This document shows positions 10,460-19,629 of a stretch of DNA of 64,000 nucleotides, piece after piece. Every line of letters starts with the position of its first letter. The first letter of the stretch is position 1. The stretch comes from an uncultured Candidatus Rokubacteria bacterium (GTDB taxonomy: Bacteria; Methylomirabilota; Methylomirabilia; Rokubacteriales; CSP1-6): assembly GCA_963754315.1 (NCBI GenBank), contig CAVWFS010000007.1, positions 288,001 through 352,000 of the forward strand, written 5' to 3'. The notes under the pieces were generated by a model, which searched no databases, was not told where the DNA came from, and worked only from the letters and a program-made list of their open reading frames with translations. The position numbers and the translations under genes were made by a program.

Positions 10460-11193
10460 GCCGTGACCGTGAGAAGGACCGCCAGCTCGGCCAGTTCGAC
10501 GGCTCCGCCGAGAACGTCGCCCGTGATCCCCTTGAGCCGGCGGGTCATGACCTTCGCAAAGAGCACGGACACCAGCGCGGCCACGGTCATGGCCAGCGCT
10601 CCCGCCGCCCCGAGGAATGCCATGGACACGAGGGCGGCGACGCCAAAAGCCAGAGGACCGGCGAACGGGCGGAGACCTCGGCGGAAATCGACCCCATGGC
10701 CGTCGGGCCGGGCCGGAGGGAACAGCCTGGCCAGCACGACCGGGACAGCGCGACCAACGACAGGCGCAACGAGTAGAACCCGCCAGCGCTGAGGCGACGG
10801 GACCTCGGCCAGGGCCCCCACGTCCAGCAGCAGAACGAGGATGAGCCCCATAGCTCCGAAGGTCCCGATCCGGCTGTCCCGCATGATGGCCAGTCGATGC
10901 TCGGCGTCATGGCCGGCCAGCCCGTCCAGACAGTCCGCCAAGCCGTCCAGGTGAAGGCCTCCGGTGAGCAGTTTCCAGGTGACGACCGTGATCAGCCCCG
11001 CCAGCAACGTCGGGAAGATCCGAGCTGTGGCCCGCTCCACGAGAACCAGGACAGCCCCGATACCGAGACCGACGAGCGGGAACCACGCTGCCGCCGCCCC
11101 GAGCGAAGCCGGGGATCCCGCGCCTGGTGCCCGGCTCCGGTCCGGCCAGGGCACGATCGTGAGAAACCGGACTGCGTACACGAGGCCATTCAC
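10438..11193 (-). CDS. cobS: Adenosylcobinamide-GDP ribazoletransferase (cobalamin synthase)
   Basis: RFLTIVP, TGGLHLDGLADCLDG, IMRDSRIGTFG, GITGDVLG; GTG start at 11193. Confidence 0.93.
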   Translation of the reverse strand: MNGLVYAVRFLTIVPWPDRSRAPGAGSPASLGAAAAWFPLVGLGIGAVLVLVERATARIFPTLLAGLITVVTWKLLTGGLHLDGLADCLDGLAGHDAEHRLAIMRDSRIGTFGAMGLILVLLLDVGALAEVPSPQRWRVLLVAPVVGRAVPVVLARLFPPARPDGHGVDFRRGLRPFAGPLAFGVAALVSMAFLGAAGALAMTVAALVSVLFAKVMTRRLKGITGDVLGGAVELAELAVLLTVTAWVSLQR

Positions 11194-11223
11194 CGCAGGC
11201 GATGCTAGCACGCAGGATTGCGC

Positions 11224-11252
11224 TTGACGCCTCGCGCCGCTCTCAGTAGGGT
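11224..11252 (+). promoter_or_regulatory. Putative sigma70 promoter of pckG
   Basis: TTGACG-17 nt-TAGGGT. Confidence 0.55.
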
Positions 11253-11337
11253 CTAGGCCACGCGCAGTTCCGGGCAGCGGCGCCCGGGCCCTAGCGAGCG
11301 CGCCCAACCTGGCCTCGATAAGACGAAGGATGCGGGC

Positions 11338-13080
11338 ATGAGTATCACCGGCGTCGCCGAGAAGTGGGTGGACGAAGCGGCAGGGCTCACCACACCCTCG
11401 CGGGTCGTGTGGTGCGACGGGTCCAAGGCCGAGTACGACTCGCTCATCGAGGCGATGCTGCGCGACGGTACCTTGCTCGCGCTCAATCAGCGAACCTATC
11501 CGGGTTGCTATCTGCATCGCAGCCACCCTCAGGATGTGGCGCGTACCGAACAGCTGACCTTCGTCTGCAGTCGGAATCACGACGAGGCCGGCCCGACCAA
11601 CAACTGGATGGAGCCCGCCGAGGCCAAGGCGAAGGCCGCGCCGATGTTTCGCAAGGCCATGCGGGATCGGACCATGTACGTCGTGCCCTATCTCATGGGG
11701 CCGGCCGGTTCCGCCATGAGCCGGGTTGGGCTCATGGTCACCGACAGCCCGTACGTGGTCGCGAGCATGCACATCATGACGCGAGTCGGCGCCGTTGCCG
11801 TCGAACACATGCGCGATGAGCATGACTTCATCGCCGGACTGCACGCCCTCGGCGATCTGTCACCCGACCGCCGGCTGATCCTCCACTTCCCCGAGGAGAA
11901 GCTGATCTGGAGCGTGGGCTCCGGCTACGGGGGCAACGCCCTCCTCGGAAAGAAGTGTCACGCTCTCAGGATCGCCTCGTCCCAGGCACGCCATGAGGGA
12001 TGGCTGGCCGAGCATATGCTGATCATCGGGGTCGAGGATCCGGACGGGCGGGTGACATACCTTGCCGCCGCCATGCCGAGCGCCTCGGGCAAGACCAACC
12101 TGGCCATGGTTGTCTCGCAGCTGCCGGGCTGGCGCGTATGGACCCTCGGCGACGATATCGCGTGGATGTGGGTGGATCGCGAGGGTCAGCTCCGCGCGAT
12201 CAACCCGGAGCGTGGCTTCTTCGGGGTGGCCCCCAATACCAGCCCCAAGACAAACCCCCATGCCACGGCCATGGTCCGGACGAACACCATCTTTACCAAT
12301 GTCGCGCTCACGCGAGATGGCGAGCCCTGGTGGGAGGGCCTGACGCCGTCGCCCCCTTCCGGCCTCACAGACTGGCAGGGCCGCGCGTGGGCGCCGGGCA
12401 ATGGCCCGGCGGCTCACCCGAACTCGCGCTTCACCGTGCCCGTTCCGCAGTGCCCATCGGTGGCGCCTAACTGGGAGGATCCCCAGGGAGTCCCGATCTC
12501 AGGGCTGATTTTCGGCTCACGGCGGACGCGCGCCATCCCACTCATCTTCGAAGCCTTTGACTGGGCGCATGGCGTCTTCCTCGGTTCGGCCATGAGCACG
12601 GAGACGACGGCGGCCATCACGGGCCAGGTCGGTGTGGTGCGCCGCGATCCCATGGCCATGCTTCCCTTCTGCGGCTACAACATGGCCGACTACTTCGCTC
12701 ACTGGCTGGCCATCGGTCAGCGCGTGAGCAGCCCCCCACGCATCTTCCGGGTGAACTGGTTTCGCCGTGACGCTGACGGACAGTTCCTCTGGCCCGGATA
12801 TGGCGAGAACATGCGTGTGCTCAAGTGGGTGGTGGAGCGAATCCGCGGGGCGGGAGAGGCGCAGGAGACGCCGGTCGGATCGATTCCGGCGCCGGGTGCT
12901 CTCGAGCTCGACGGGCTCGCCGTCACGCCGTCCCGACTGGCGGAGGCCCTCCGCTGCGATCCCGACGAATGGCGGGAGGCGCTCGCCGATCTCGAGGCGT
13001 TCTATGCGCAGTTCGGTGCGCGGCTGCCCGCCACGATCGCCGCCGCCCTCACCCAAACCCGCCGCCGCTTCGGGGATTGA
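11338..13080 (+). CDS. pckG: Phosphoenolpyruvate carboxykinase (GTP)
   Basis: GSGYGGNALLGKKC, PSASGKTNLAM, GDDIAW, AHPNSRF, DPMAMLPFCGYNM. Confidence 0.97.
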   Translation: MSITGVAEKWVDEAAGLTTPSRVVWCDGSKAEYDSLIEAMLRDGTLLALNQRTYPGCYLHRSHPQDVARTEQLTFVCSRNHDEAGPTNNWMEPAEAKAKAAPMFRKAMRDRTMYVVPYLMGPAGSAMSRVGLMVTDSPYVVASMHIMTRVGAVAVEHMRDEHDFIAGLHALGDLSPDRRLILHFPEEKLIWSVGSGYGGNALLGKKCHALRIASSQARHEGWLAEHMLIIGVEDPDGRVTYLAAAMPSASGKTNLAMVVSQLPGWRVWTLGDDIAWMWVDREGQLRAINPERGFFGVAPNTSPKTNPHATAMVRTNTIFTNVALTRDGEPWWEGLTPSPPSGLTDWQGRAWAPGNGPAAHPNSRFTVPVPQCPSVAPNWEDPQGVPISGLIFGSRRTRAIPLIFEAFDWAHGVFLGSAMSTETTAAITGQVGVVRRDPMAMLPFCGYNMADYFAHWLAIGQRVSSPPRIFRVNWFRRDADGQFLWPGYGENMRVLKWVVERIRGAGEAQETPVGSIPAPGALELDGLAVTPSRLAEALRCDPDEWREALADLEAFYAQFGARLPATIAAALTQTRRRFGD

Positions 13081-13083
13081 CCT

Positions 13084-13440
13084 GGTGGGGGGCCTCGAAA
13101 GGCCCCCATGCCCCCCAACGCTCGGCGCCCCGGCAAGCCGTGACGCCCCTCGGTCGTACGCGCTTGGCGCCGAGGCCCAGACAGCCGGTGACCGCGTGCC
13201 CTCCGGTGCGCATGACGAGCGCTGGGGGTTTGGGGGGCCGCCGAGGCCCCAGGCTGGCGCATGACCGAGGAGCGGCCCGGGTTTCCCGGGCTGTGACGAG
13301 CGCGGGGTCGGGGCGCCGAGGCCCGGCTGCGCATGACCGAGGAGCGGCCCGGGTTTCCCGGGCCGTGACGAGCGCCGGGCCCCGACTGGCGCATGACCGG
13401 AGCGGCCCGGGTTTCCCGGCCGTGACGGCGCGGGTGGGCG
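13084..13440. repeat. Cluster of REP-like hairpin units, locus 2 (one forward unit plus three tandem reverse units)
   Basis: GGGGGCC-TCGAAA-GGCCCCC, then GCGCATGACCG(A)GGAGCGGCCCGGGTTTCCCGG..GTGACG units starting at 13257, 13329 and 13389. Confidence 0.8.
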
Positions 13441-13452
13441 TGAGCCCCCTGA

Positions 13453-14983
13453 TCAAACAGGCAAAACGGCGTTGCGTCGGGCGGGGAACTCGTGAATCTT
13501 TGACTCGGCGTAACGGAGCCGTGTGATCAGCTCTTGGCGCAAGGCCGAGCCCGGCACGATACCGTCGATGAGCATCTCGGAGGCGAGCTTGAAGGTATCG
13601 ACGTCGCGCGCATACTCATCGCGTCGCTCCTTCACATAGGCGGCCCGTTCGTTCTCCGGGAGCTCCATGATCTTGTTGTAGTACACGGCATTCACGGCTG
13701 GCTCAGGGCCCATGATCGCGATCTGCCCCTGGGGCAACGCCACCACGGCGTCAGGCTCGAACGCCTGACCGCACATGGCGTACAGGCCCGCCCCGTAGCA
13801 CTTGCGTACGATGACAGAGATCTTGGGGACGGTGGCCTGGGCGGTGGCGAAGACCATCTTGGCGCCGTGACGGATGATGCCTTCGCGCTCGACCTTGCTT
13901 CCTACCATGAAGCCCGCCACGTCGGCCAGATACACCAGGGGAATGTTGTAGGCGTTACACAGCCAGATGAACTTGGCGGCCTTGTCCGAGGAATCGACGA
14001 AGAGCACGCCCCCCTTCACCTTCGGCTGGTTGGCCACGATCCCTACGACACGGCCTCCAATACGAGCGAGCCCCACGATGATCTCGGCGGCAAACAGCCG
14101 TTTGATCTCGAACCACGACCCGGCGTCGATGATGCGGTCGATCACCTCGTACATGTCGAAGTACTTTCGCTGATCGTAGGGCACGATCGCATCGATGGGG
14201 CGGCCCGGCTTCGGCTCCACGATCTCCCCGTCGGCGGGGTGCGCCCGATAGGACGAGGGCATGTACGCGAGGTATCGCTTGGCCAGCTCGATGGCGTCTT
14301 CGTCTGACCTAGCCAGCACGTCGCCGCAGCCCGAGACGCTGCAGTGCATGCGGGCCCCACCGAGCTCCTCCAGGGTGGTCTTTTCTCCAACGGCCATTTC
14401 CACCATGCGCGGGCTACCGACGTAGAGCGACGCCTTGCCGTCGACCATGATGACCAGGTCTGTGAGGGCCGGCAGGTACGCCGACCCTGCCGGCGAGGGA
14501 CCGAAGAGGATGCACACCTGCGGCACCACGCCCGAGAGCTGAACCTCGTTGTAGAAGATCCGACCGGCGTGATAGCGGCCGGGAAAGATCCTGATCTGCT
14601 CCGAGATCCGCCCGCCCGCGGCGTCGACCAGATACAGGATGGGTACCTGCAGCCGCGCCGCTTTCTCCTGAATGCGGACGATCTTCTGCACGGTCTTCTC
14701 GCCCCAGGAGCCGGCCTTGACCGTGTAGTCGTTCGCCATGATGCAGACGGCGCGACCCCCCACCATGCCCACCCCCGTGACCACTCCGTCGGCAGGCGTC
14801 TCGGATTCCTCCGAACGCGCGAACAGCCAGTCTTCCTGGAATTCCGTATCGACGTCGAGCAGGAGCTTGAGGCGGTCGCGGACGAATAGCTTTCCCTCGG
14901 TCTTGCAGCTTCTCGCGATACTTGACGTGCCCCTGCTCGATGCGCGCGCGCTCGCGTGCGTAGCGCTCCTCGCCGTCACTCAC
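13453..14983 (-). CDS. Acyl-CoA carboxylase, carboxyltransferase subunit (frameshift near 14905)
   Basis: MSDGEERYARERARIEQGH joins KTEGKLFVRDRL; DYTVKAGSWG, LGGARMHCSVSG, RKCYGAGLYAM. Confidence 0.9.
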
Positions 14984-15019
14984 GCTCGGCCGATCGGGCT
15001 GGCCCGGGCCCAGGACGGC

Positions 15020-16070
15020 CTAGGGGGTGGGGTTGGCCCACAGGAAGATGATAAGCACGCCATCACCGTATCGAGGTCCTCCGATCACGGCCGGCCGCCC
15101 GGGCGGGGTGGCGATATTCGTCGTGACCTCGGCGAAGTCGCCCTGGACGAGTCGGACCCGCAACAGCACCCCTCGCTCGCGTATAGCCTCGGGAGTCAAC
15201 TCTAGCCGGCGAGCGCCCGCCACCGCGGTGCGGTACGTCGTCCCCATGGGAACATCCGCCAGCGTTTGCTGGAGCGGATGGTACTGAGCATAGCGCAGGA
15301 GCTTGCGCAGCTTCAGCATGTGGGTGTCTGCCCGCGCATCCGGGGTAAACGGTTGCTGAGACAGATCGGAGGGCGGCGGACCGTCGGAGGCCAGGAACAC
15401 GCGCGCGACTAGATGGATCCGCGGCTGAGTCGAGGTGGGAGTATCGGTCGGCGTTTGGGCGAAGGCCGCGCCCGCCCCCCACGTCAGCATGACGACGAAG
15501 ATCAGGGCGAGAAACGAGCCCAGGGCGTCTCGCAGGCGCTTGCGCGCATTGTGCAGGCGCGACATCACGGTCCCCATCGGGACGTCCAGCACGTCAGCGA
15601 TCTCGCGATATGACAGGCCCTCAAGGTCACTCAACATGATAATCGTTCGATGATCCTCTGACAAAGAGTCGAGCGCCTGTCCGGATGCGCTCGCGATCCT
15701 CCGTCTGTGCCGCCGAGCTGTCGGGGGCCAGCCCCTGATCCGTCATGACTCGCTCCCAGTCTTCCTCCGGAACGCGCTCGGTCCCGAAGGCGCGCCCACG
15801 GGCAGCCCGCTGACGGGCGCGATCGGCCGCGAGATTCATCACGATGCGGAACAGCCACGTGTAGAACGCCGACTGCCCCCGAAACGACGGCAGCGCCTGG
15901 TAAGCCCTTATGAACGCCTCCTGGGCAACGTCCCATGCCTCCTCGCGGTCGCGAAGGACGTTGTGGGCTAACCGCCATACGCGCTGGCGGTACTTCTCAA
16001 CCAACGGCTCGAAGGCCGTCAGATCACCCGCTTGGCAGCGCTCGACCAGCGCCCGATCGTCGGAGCTCAC
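15020..16070 (-). CDS. ECF sigma factor fused to a signal-peptide-like hydrophobic segment and an extracytoplasmic domain (frameshift near 15680)
   Basis: Sigma2 (DVAQEAFIRAY, FYTWLFRI) in ORF 15627-16070; sigma4 (GLSYREIADVLDVPMGTVMSRLHNARKRLR) continues in frame into SFLALIFVVMLTWGAGAAFAQ plus about 145 aa. Confidence 0.85.
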
Positions 16071-16106
16071 GGGGCAATTATCCGCTCACCCCGTCCTGAC
16101 GAGACT

Positions 16107-16135
16107 TTAGACGGCGGCGAGGCGGGGGCGATTCA
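16107..16135 (-). promoter_or_regulatory. Putative ECF-type autoregulatory promoter
   Basis: Minus-strand TGAATC-16 nt-CGTCTAA, with the -10 element ending 36 nt upstream of the sigma factor start. Confidence 0.55.
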
Positions 16136-16600
16136 CCGGCGCCCGCGCGGCCGACGGGCGGGTGCCGCCAGGGCGAGGAGGGCATCGAGCCCCAGCAGGT
16201 AACTCTGCGGCCCAAATCCTGCGATCTGGCCGCGCGCGACGGCGGCGATCACGGAATGCCGACGGAAGTCCTCGCGAGCGTGAACGTTCGACAGATGGAC
16301 CTCGATCACGGGAATCTCGATACCGCTGACGGCGTCGCGCAAGGCCAGCGAGTAGTGGGTGAACGCGCCGGGGTTGAAGACGATCCCGGCGAAGCCTTCC
16401 TTCTCGGCCCCTTGCAGCCAGTCGATCAACTCCCCCTCGTGGTTCGACTGGCGACAGTCGACCCGTACGCCTCGCCCCCGCCCGTGCTCATGGATCAAGC
16501 GATTGACGTCCTCAAGGGAGGCGTGCCCGTAGACGCTCCTCTCCCGCGTTCCGAGAAGATTCAGGTTGGGCCCGTGCAGCACGAGAGCGGTCGCCGTCAG
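16133..16600 (-). CDS. aroQ: Type II 3-dehydroquinate dehydratase
   Basis: LHGPNLNLLGTRE, QSNHEGELID, NPGAFTHYS, EVHLSNVHARE; probable CTG start after GGAG. Confidence 0.95.
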   Translation of the reverse strand: MTATALVLHGPNLNLLGTRERSVYGHASLEDVNRLIHEHGRGRGVRVDCRQSNHEGELIDWLQGAEKEGFAGIVFNPGAFTHYSLALRDAVSGIEIPVIEVHLSNVHAREDFRRHSVIAAVARGQIAGFGPQSYLLGLDALLALAAPARRPRGRR

Positions 16601-16717
16601 GGGTGGGGCTCCGCAGCAGGGGCGATGAATAACATGAGCGGGGACCGGCGTCGAAAGGTACAGTGCGTGACGCGGCTCGTGCGACAGAGCTGTGCTACCA
16701 TGCCGACAGAGCATAGC

Positions 16718-18412
16718 ATGGCTATTGCATCCGCTTCCCGGCTCCTCGGTGAGATTCTCGTTGAGGAGGGGCTCACCACCGGTGATGTCGTTGCCCAGGC
16801 GATGGAGCGGGCCGAGCGGAGCGGCGAGCGTATCGGCGAGGCCCTGGTCGCCATGGGTGCCGTCTCCAACGAAGATGTGCTGCAGGCTCTGGCCCGGCAG
16901 CAAAATCTGACCTTCCTCACCCGCGACGAACTCCCGTCGCCGATACCCATTCTGAAGGGGCTCTCGTCGAAGTATCTGCGCCAATATGTCGTCTGCCCGG
17001 TGAGCGTGGACGGCGGCTTGCTCACCTTGGCCACTGCCGATCCGCTGAATCCGCTCATCGCCGACGATCTGCGGCAACTCACGGGACTGGCGGTGAAGCT
17101 GGTGGTCAGCCTCCCCGACGCCATTACCGACGCCATCGATCGTACCTATGAGGGTGTGGCCACGCCGTTGCAGCGGATCGTGGAGGGCATGGACGAGGAG
17201 CGGACGCAAGACGTGGACGAGGACGTCAGCCATCTGCGCGATATGGCCTTCGAGGCGCCGGTGGTGCGCCTCGTCAATCTCCTCGTGGAGAACGCCATCG
17301 GAGGAAGCGCCTCCGACATCCACATCGAGCCCTTCGAGGACACCTTACGCATCCGGTACCGGATCGACGGCATCCTCTATGAGCAGGAAGCCCCGCCCCG
17401 ACGTCTGCAAGCGGCCGTGACCTCTCGCATCAAGATCATGGCCGAGATGAACATCGCCGAGCGGCGCCTGCCCCAGGATGGTCGCATCCGCGTGACCTTG
17501 CAGGGACGTCGCGTGGACATCCGGGTCTCGACCATCCCCACCGTGCACGGGGAGTCGATCGTGATGCGCCTGCTCGATCGGTCGAGCGTGTTCCTCCCCC
17601 TCGAGCAACTCGGGTTCTCACCCGCGACCCGTCGCCGGTTCGAACGGCTCATCACCCTTCCCCATGGCATCCTCCTGGTGACGGGCCCGACTGGGTCGGG
17701 CAAGACGACCACGCTCTACGCCGCTCTTGACAAGATCAACTCGCCAGTCAGAAAGATCCTGACGGTCGAGGATCCCGTCGAGTACCAGCTCAAGGGTGTG
17801 AATCAGATTCCCGTGAAGGCCAAGATCGGGCTCACCTTCGCCACCGGGTTGCGGCACATCGTGCGCCAGGACCCCGACGTCATCCTGGTAGGGGAAATCC
17901 GGGATCTGGAGACCGCAGACGTCGCCGTGCAGGCCGCGCTCACTGGCCACCTCGTCTTCTCCACCCTGCATACCAACGATGCGCCAGGAGCGATTACCCG
18001 CCTTCAAGACATGGGCGTGGAGTCGTTCCTGCTCGTGTCAGTGCTGGAGGGGGTCATCGCCCAACGTCTCGTGCGGCGGATTTGCCAGGCCTGCCGCGAG
18101 CCCCACCTGCCTCCGGCCACCGATCTCCAGGCGCTTGGCGTGACCCCGGATCCCGGCGTCACCCTCTTTCATGGACGCGGGTGCGACGAGTGCCGTGGAA
18201 CCGGCTACCGAGGACGCTTCGGCATCTACGAGCTGTTCGAGATCACCGAAGAGATCCGGAGTATGGCTCTGCGTCGCGCCTCTGCCCGTGAGATCCGCCG
18301 CCTCGCGATCGAAAACGGCATGGTCACCCTGCGCCTCGACGGCTGGGCCAGAGCGCAGGAGGGCCTGACCACTGTGGAAGAGATATTGCGGGTCACGCAG
18401 GAAGACTCGTAG
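16718..18412 (+). CDS. gspE: Type II secretion ATPase GspE
   Basis: N-terminal RLLGEILV (MshEN-like), ASDIHIEP, Walker A GPTGSGKTTT, RQDPD, CxxC...CxxC. Confidence 0.95.
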   Translation: MAIASASRLLGEILVEEGLTTGDVVAQAMERAERSGERIGEALVAMGAVSNEDVLQALARQQNLTFLTRDELPSPIPILKGLSSKYLRQYVVCPVSVDGGLLTLATADPLNPLIADDLRQLTGLAVKLVVSLPDAITDAIDRTYEGVATPLQRIVEGMDEERTQDVDEDVSHLRDMAFEAPVVRLVNLLVENAIGGSASDIHIEPFEDTLRIRYRIDGILYEQEAPPRRLQAAVTSRIKIMAEMNIAERRLPQDGRIRVTLQGRRVDIRVSTIPTVHGESIVMRLLDRSSVFLPLEQLGFSPATRRRFERLITLPHGILLVTGPTGSGKTTTLYAALDKINSPVRKILTVEDPVEYQLKGVNQIPVKAKIGLTFATGLRHIVRQDPDVILVGEIRDLETADVAVQAALTGHLVFSTLHTNDAPGAITRLQDMGVESFLLVSVLEGVIAQRLVRRICQACREPHLPPATDLQALGVTPDPGVTLFHGRGCDECRGTGYRGRFGIYELFEITEEIRSMALRRASAREIRRLAIENGMVTLRLDGWARAQEGLTTVEEILRVTQEDS

Positions 18413-18417
18413 CGACC

Positions 18418-19629
18418 ATGCCGGTCTTCACGTACCGTGCAGCCGACCGGCAAGGCCAGACTGTCGACGGGGTGATGGAGGCCGCCGACGCCCGCGCCGT
18501 CATCGAGCGGCTGCACCGCGAAGCCTACTTCCCCGTGCGGGTCACGCCCCAGGGGCAACGGGTGTCCTGGGGGACTTTCAGCTTGTCCCGCGGCGTCCGG
18601 GCTCGCGACCTACTGGCGATGACCCAGCAACTAGCCACCCTGGTCGAAGCCGGCATGCCGCTCGATCGTGCGCTCTCCATCCTGGAGGAGCTGGCCCCGC
18701 ACCCGCGGGTGAAGACGATCGTCGCCGACCTTCTCCATAGTGTGCGGGGCGGCACGTCGCTCAGCGATGCTCTCGCCAAACACCATCCCCGCCCCTTTTC
18801 GCGCCTGTACATCAACATGGTCCGTGCTGGTGAACGAGGCGGCGTGCTGGAGGCCACCTTGCGCCGGCTGGCCGAGTTTCAGGAGTCGCGGCAGGCGTTC
18901 ACGGAGGCGATCGTCTCCGCCATGATCTACCCTGCCGTCATCACGACGGTTGGGGCCGCGGCCATCGTGTTCCTGATGACCTTCGTCATCCCTCGCTTTG
19001 CCGAGATCTTCAAGGACCTCGGGCAGGCGATTCCCATGCCGACACAGGTTCTCCTCTCCACCAGCGTGGCCATGCAATCCTACTGGTGGGTCGGTGTGCT
19101 GGCCGTGGTGGGGGTCGTCTTCGCGTGGCGGCTGTGGACGGGTACCGCTGAGGGGCGGCAGCAGTGGGACCGGTTTCTCTTGCGTGTCCCGCTGCTGGGC
19201 CCGCTCATCATCAAAGTGGAGACAGCCCGCTTCACGCGAACGCTTGGTACCATGCTCAAAAGTGGCGTGCCCGTCCTCGGTGCGCTGGCCGTGGTTGGGG
19301 ACATCATGACCAATCAGATCGTGGGTCACGCCGTGGGCCGTCTTGCCGACACCGTGAAGCGTGGCGGGACGGTCGCGGCGGCCATGCAGGAGCACACTCC
19401 CTTTCCTGCGCTGGCCACCCACATGGTCCGCGTCGGGGAGGAGACGGGCCGGTTGGAGGAGATGTTGCTCAAGACCGCCGACACGGTGGAGGGCGAGGTT
19501 CGGAGTGAGTTACGGCGCACCATTGGGCTCTTGGAGCCGGCTGTCATCCTGGTCATGGGTGCGGTGGTGGCCTTCATCGTGGTGGCCATGCTCCTGGCTA
19601 TCTTCTCCATCAACGAGATTCCGCTATGA
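18418..19629 (+). CDS. gspF: Type II secretion inner-membrane platform protein GspF
   Basis: QLATLVEAGMPL, AGERGG, SAMIYP, VGEETG, LLEP. Confidence 0.95.
   Translation: MPVFTYRAADRQGQTVDGVMEAADARAVIERLHREAYFPVRVTPQGQRVSWGTFSLSRGVRARDLLAMTQQLATLVEAGMPLDRALSILEELAPHPRVKTIVADLLHSVRGGTSLSDALAKHHPRPFSRLYINMVRAGERGGVLEATLRRLAEFQESRQAFTEAIVSAMIYPAVITTVGAAAIVFLMTFVIPRFAEIFKDLGQAIPMPTQVLLSTSVAMQSYWWVGVLAVVGVVFAWRLWTGTAEGRQQWDRFLLRVPLLGPLIIKVETARFTRTLGTMLKSGVPVLGALAVVGDIMTNQIVGHAVGRLADTVKRGGTVAAAMQEHTPFPALATHMVRVGEETGRLEEMLLKTADTVEGEVRSELRRTIGLLEPAVILVMGAVVAFIVVAMLLAIFSINEIPL

Noticed and set aside
11194..11337. Cobalamin riboswitch upstream of cobS
   Set aside because: No B12-box or GGGAA...GCCACTG-type consensus is visible, and cobS looks leaderless.
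13257..13435. Possible CRISPR array (repeats with variable linkers)
   Set aside because: Only three units, linkers are short and unequal (about 25 and 13 bp) and repeat-like, no cas genes or AT-rich leader are present, and the unit matches the dispersed REP-like family.
15670..15690. Programmed frameshift or phase variation controlling the sigma factor
   Set aside because: There is no slippery heptamer or homopolymer tract, and similar single-base indels occur throughout the window.
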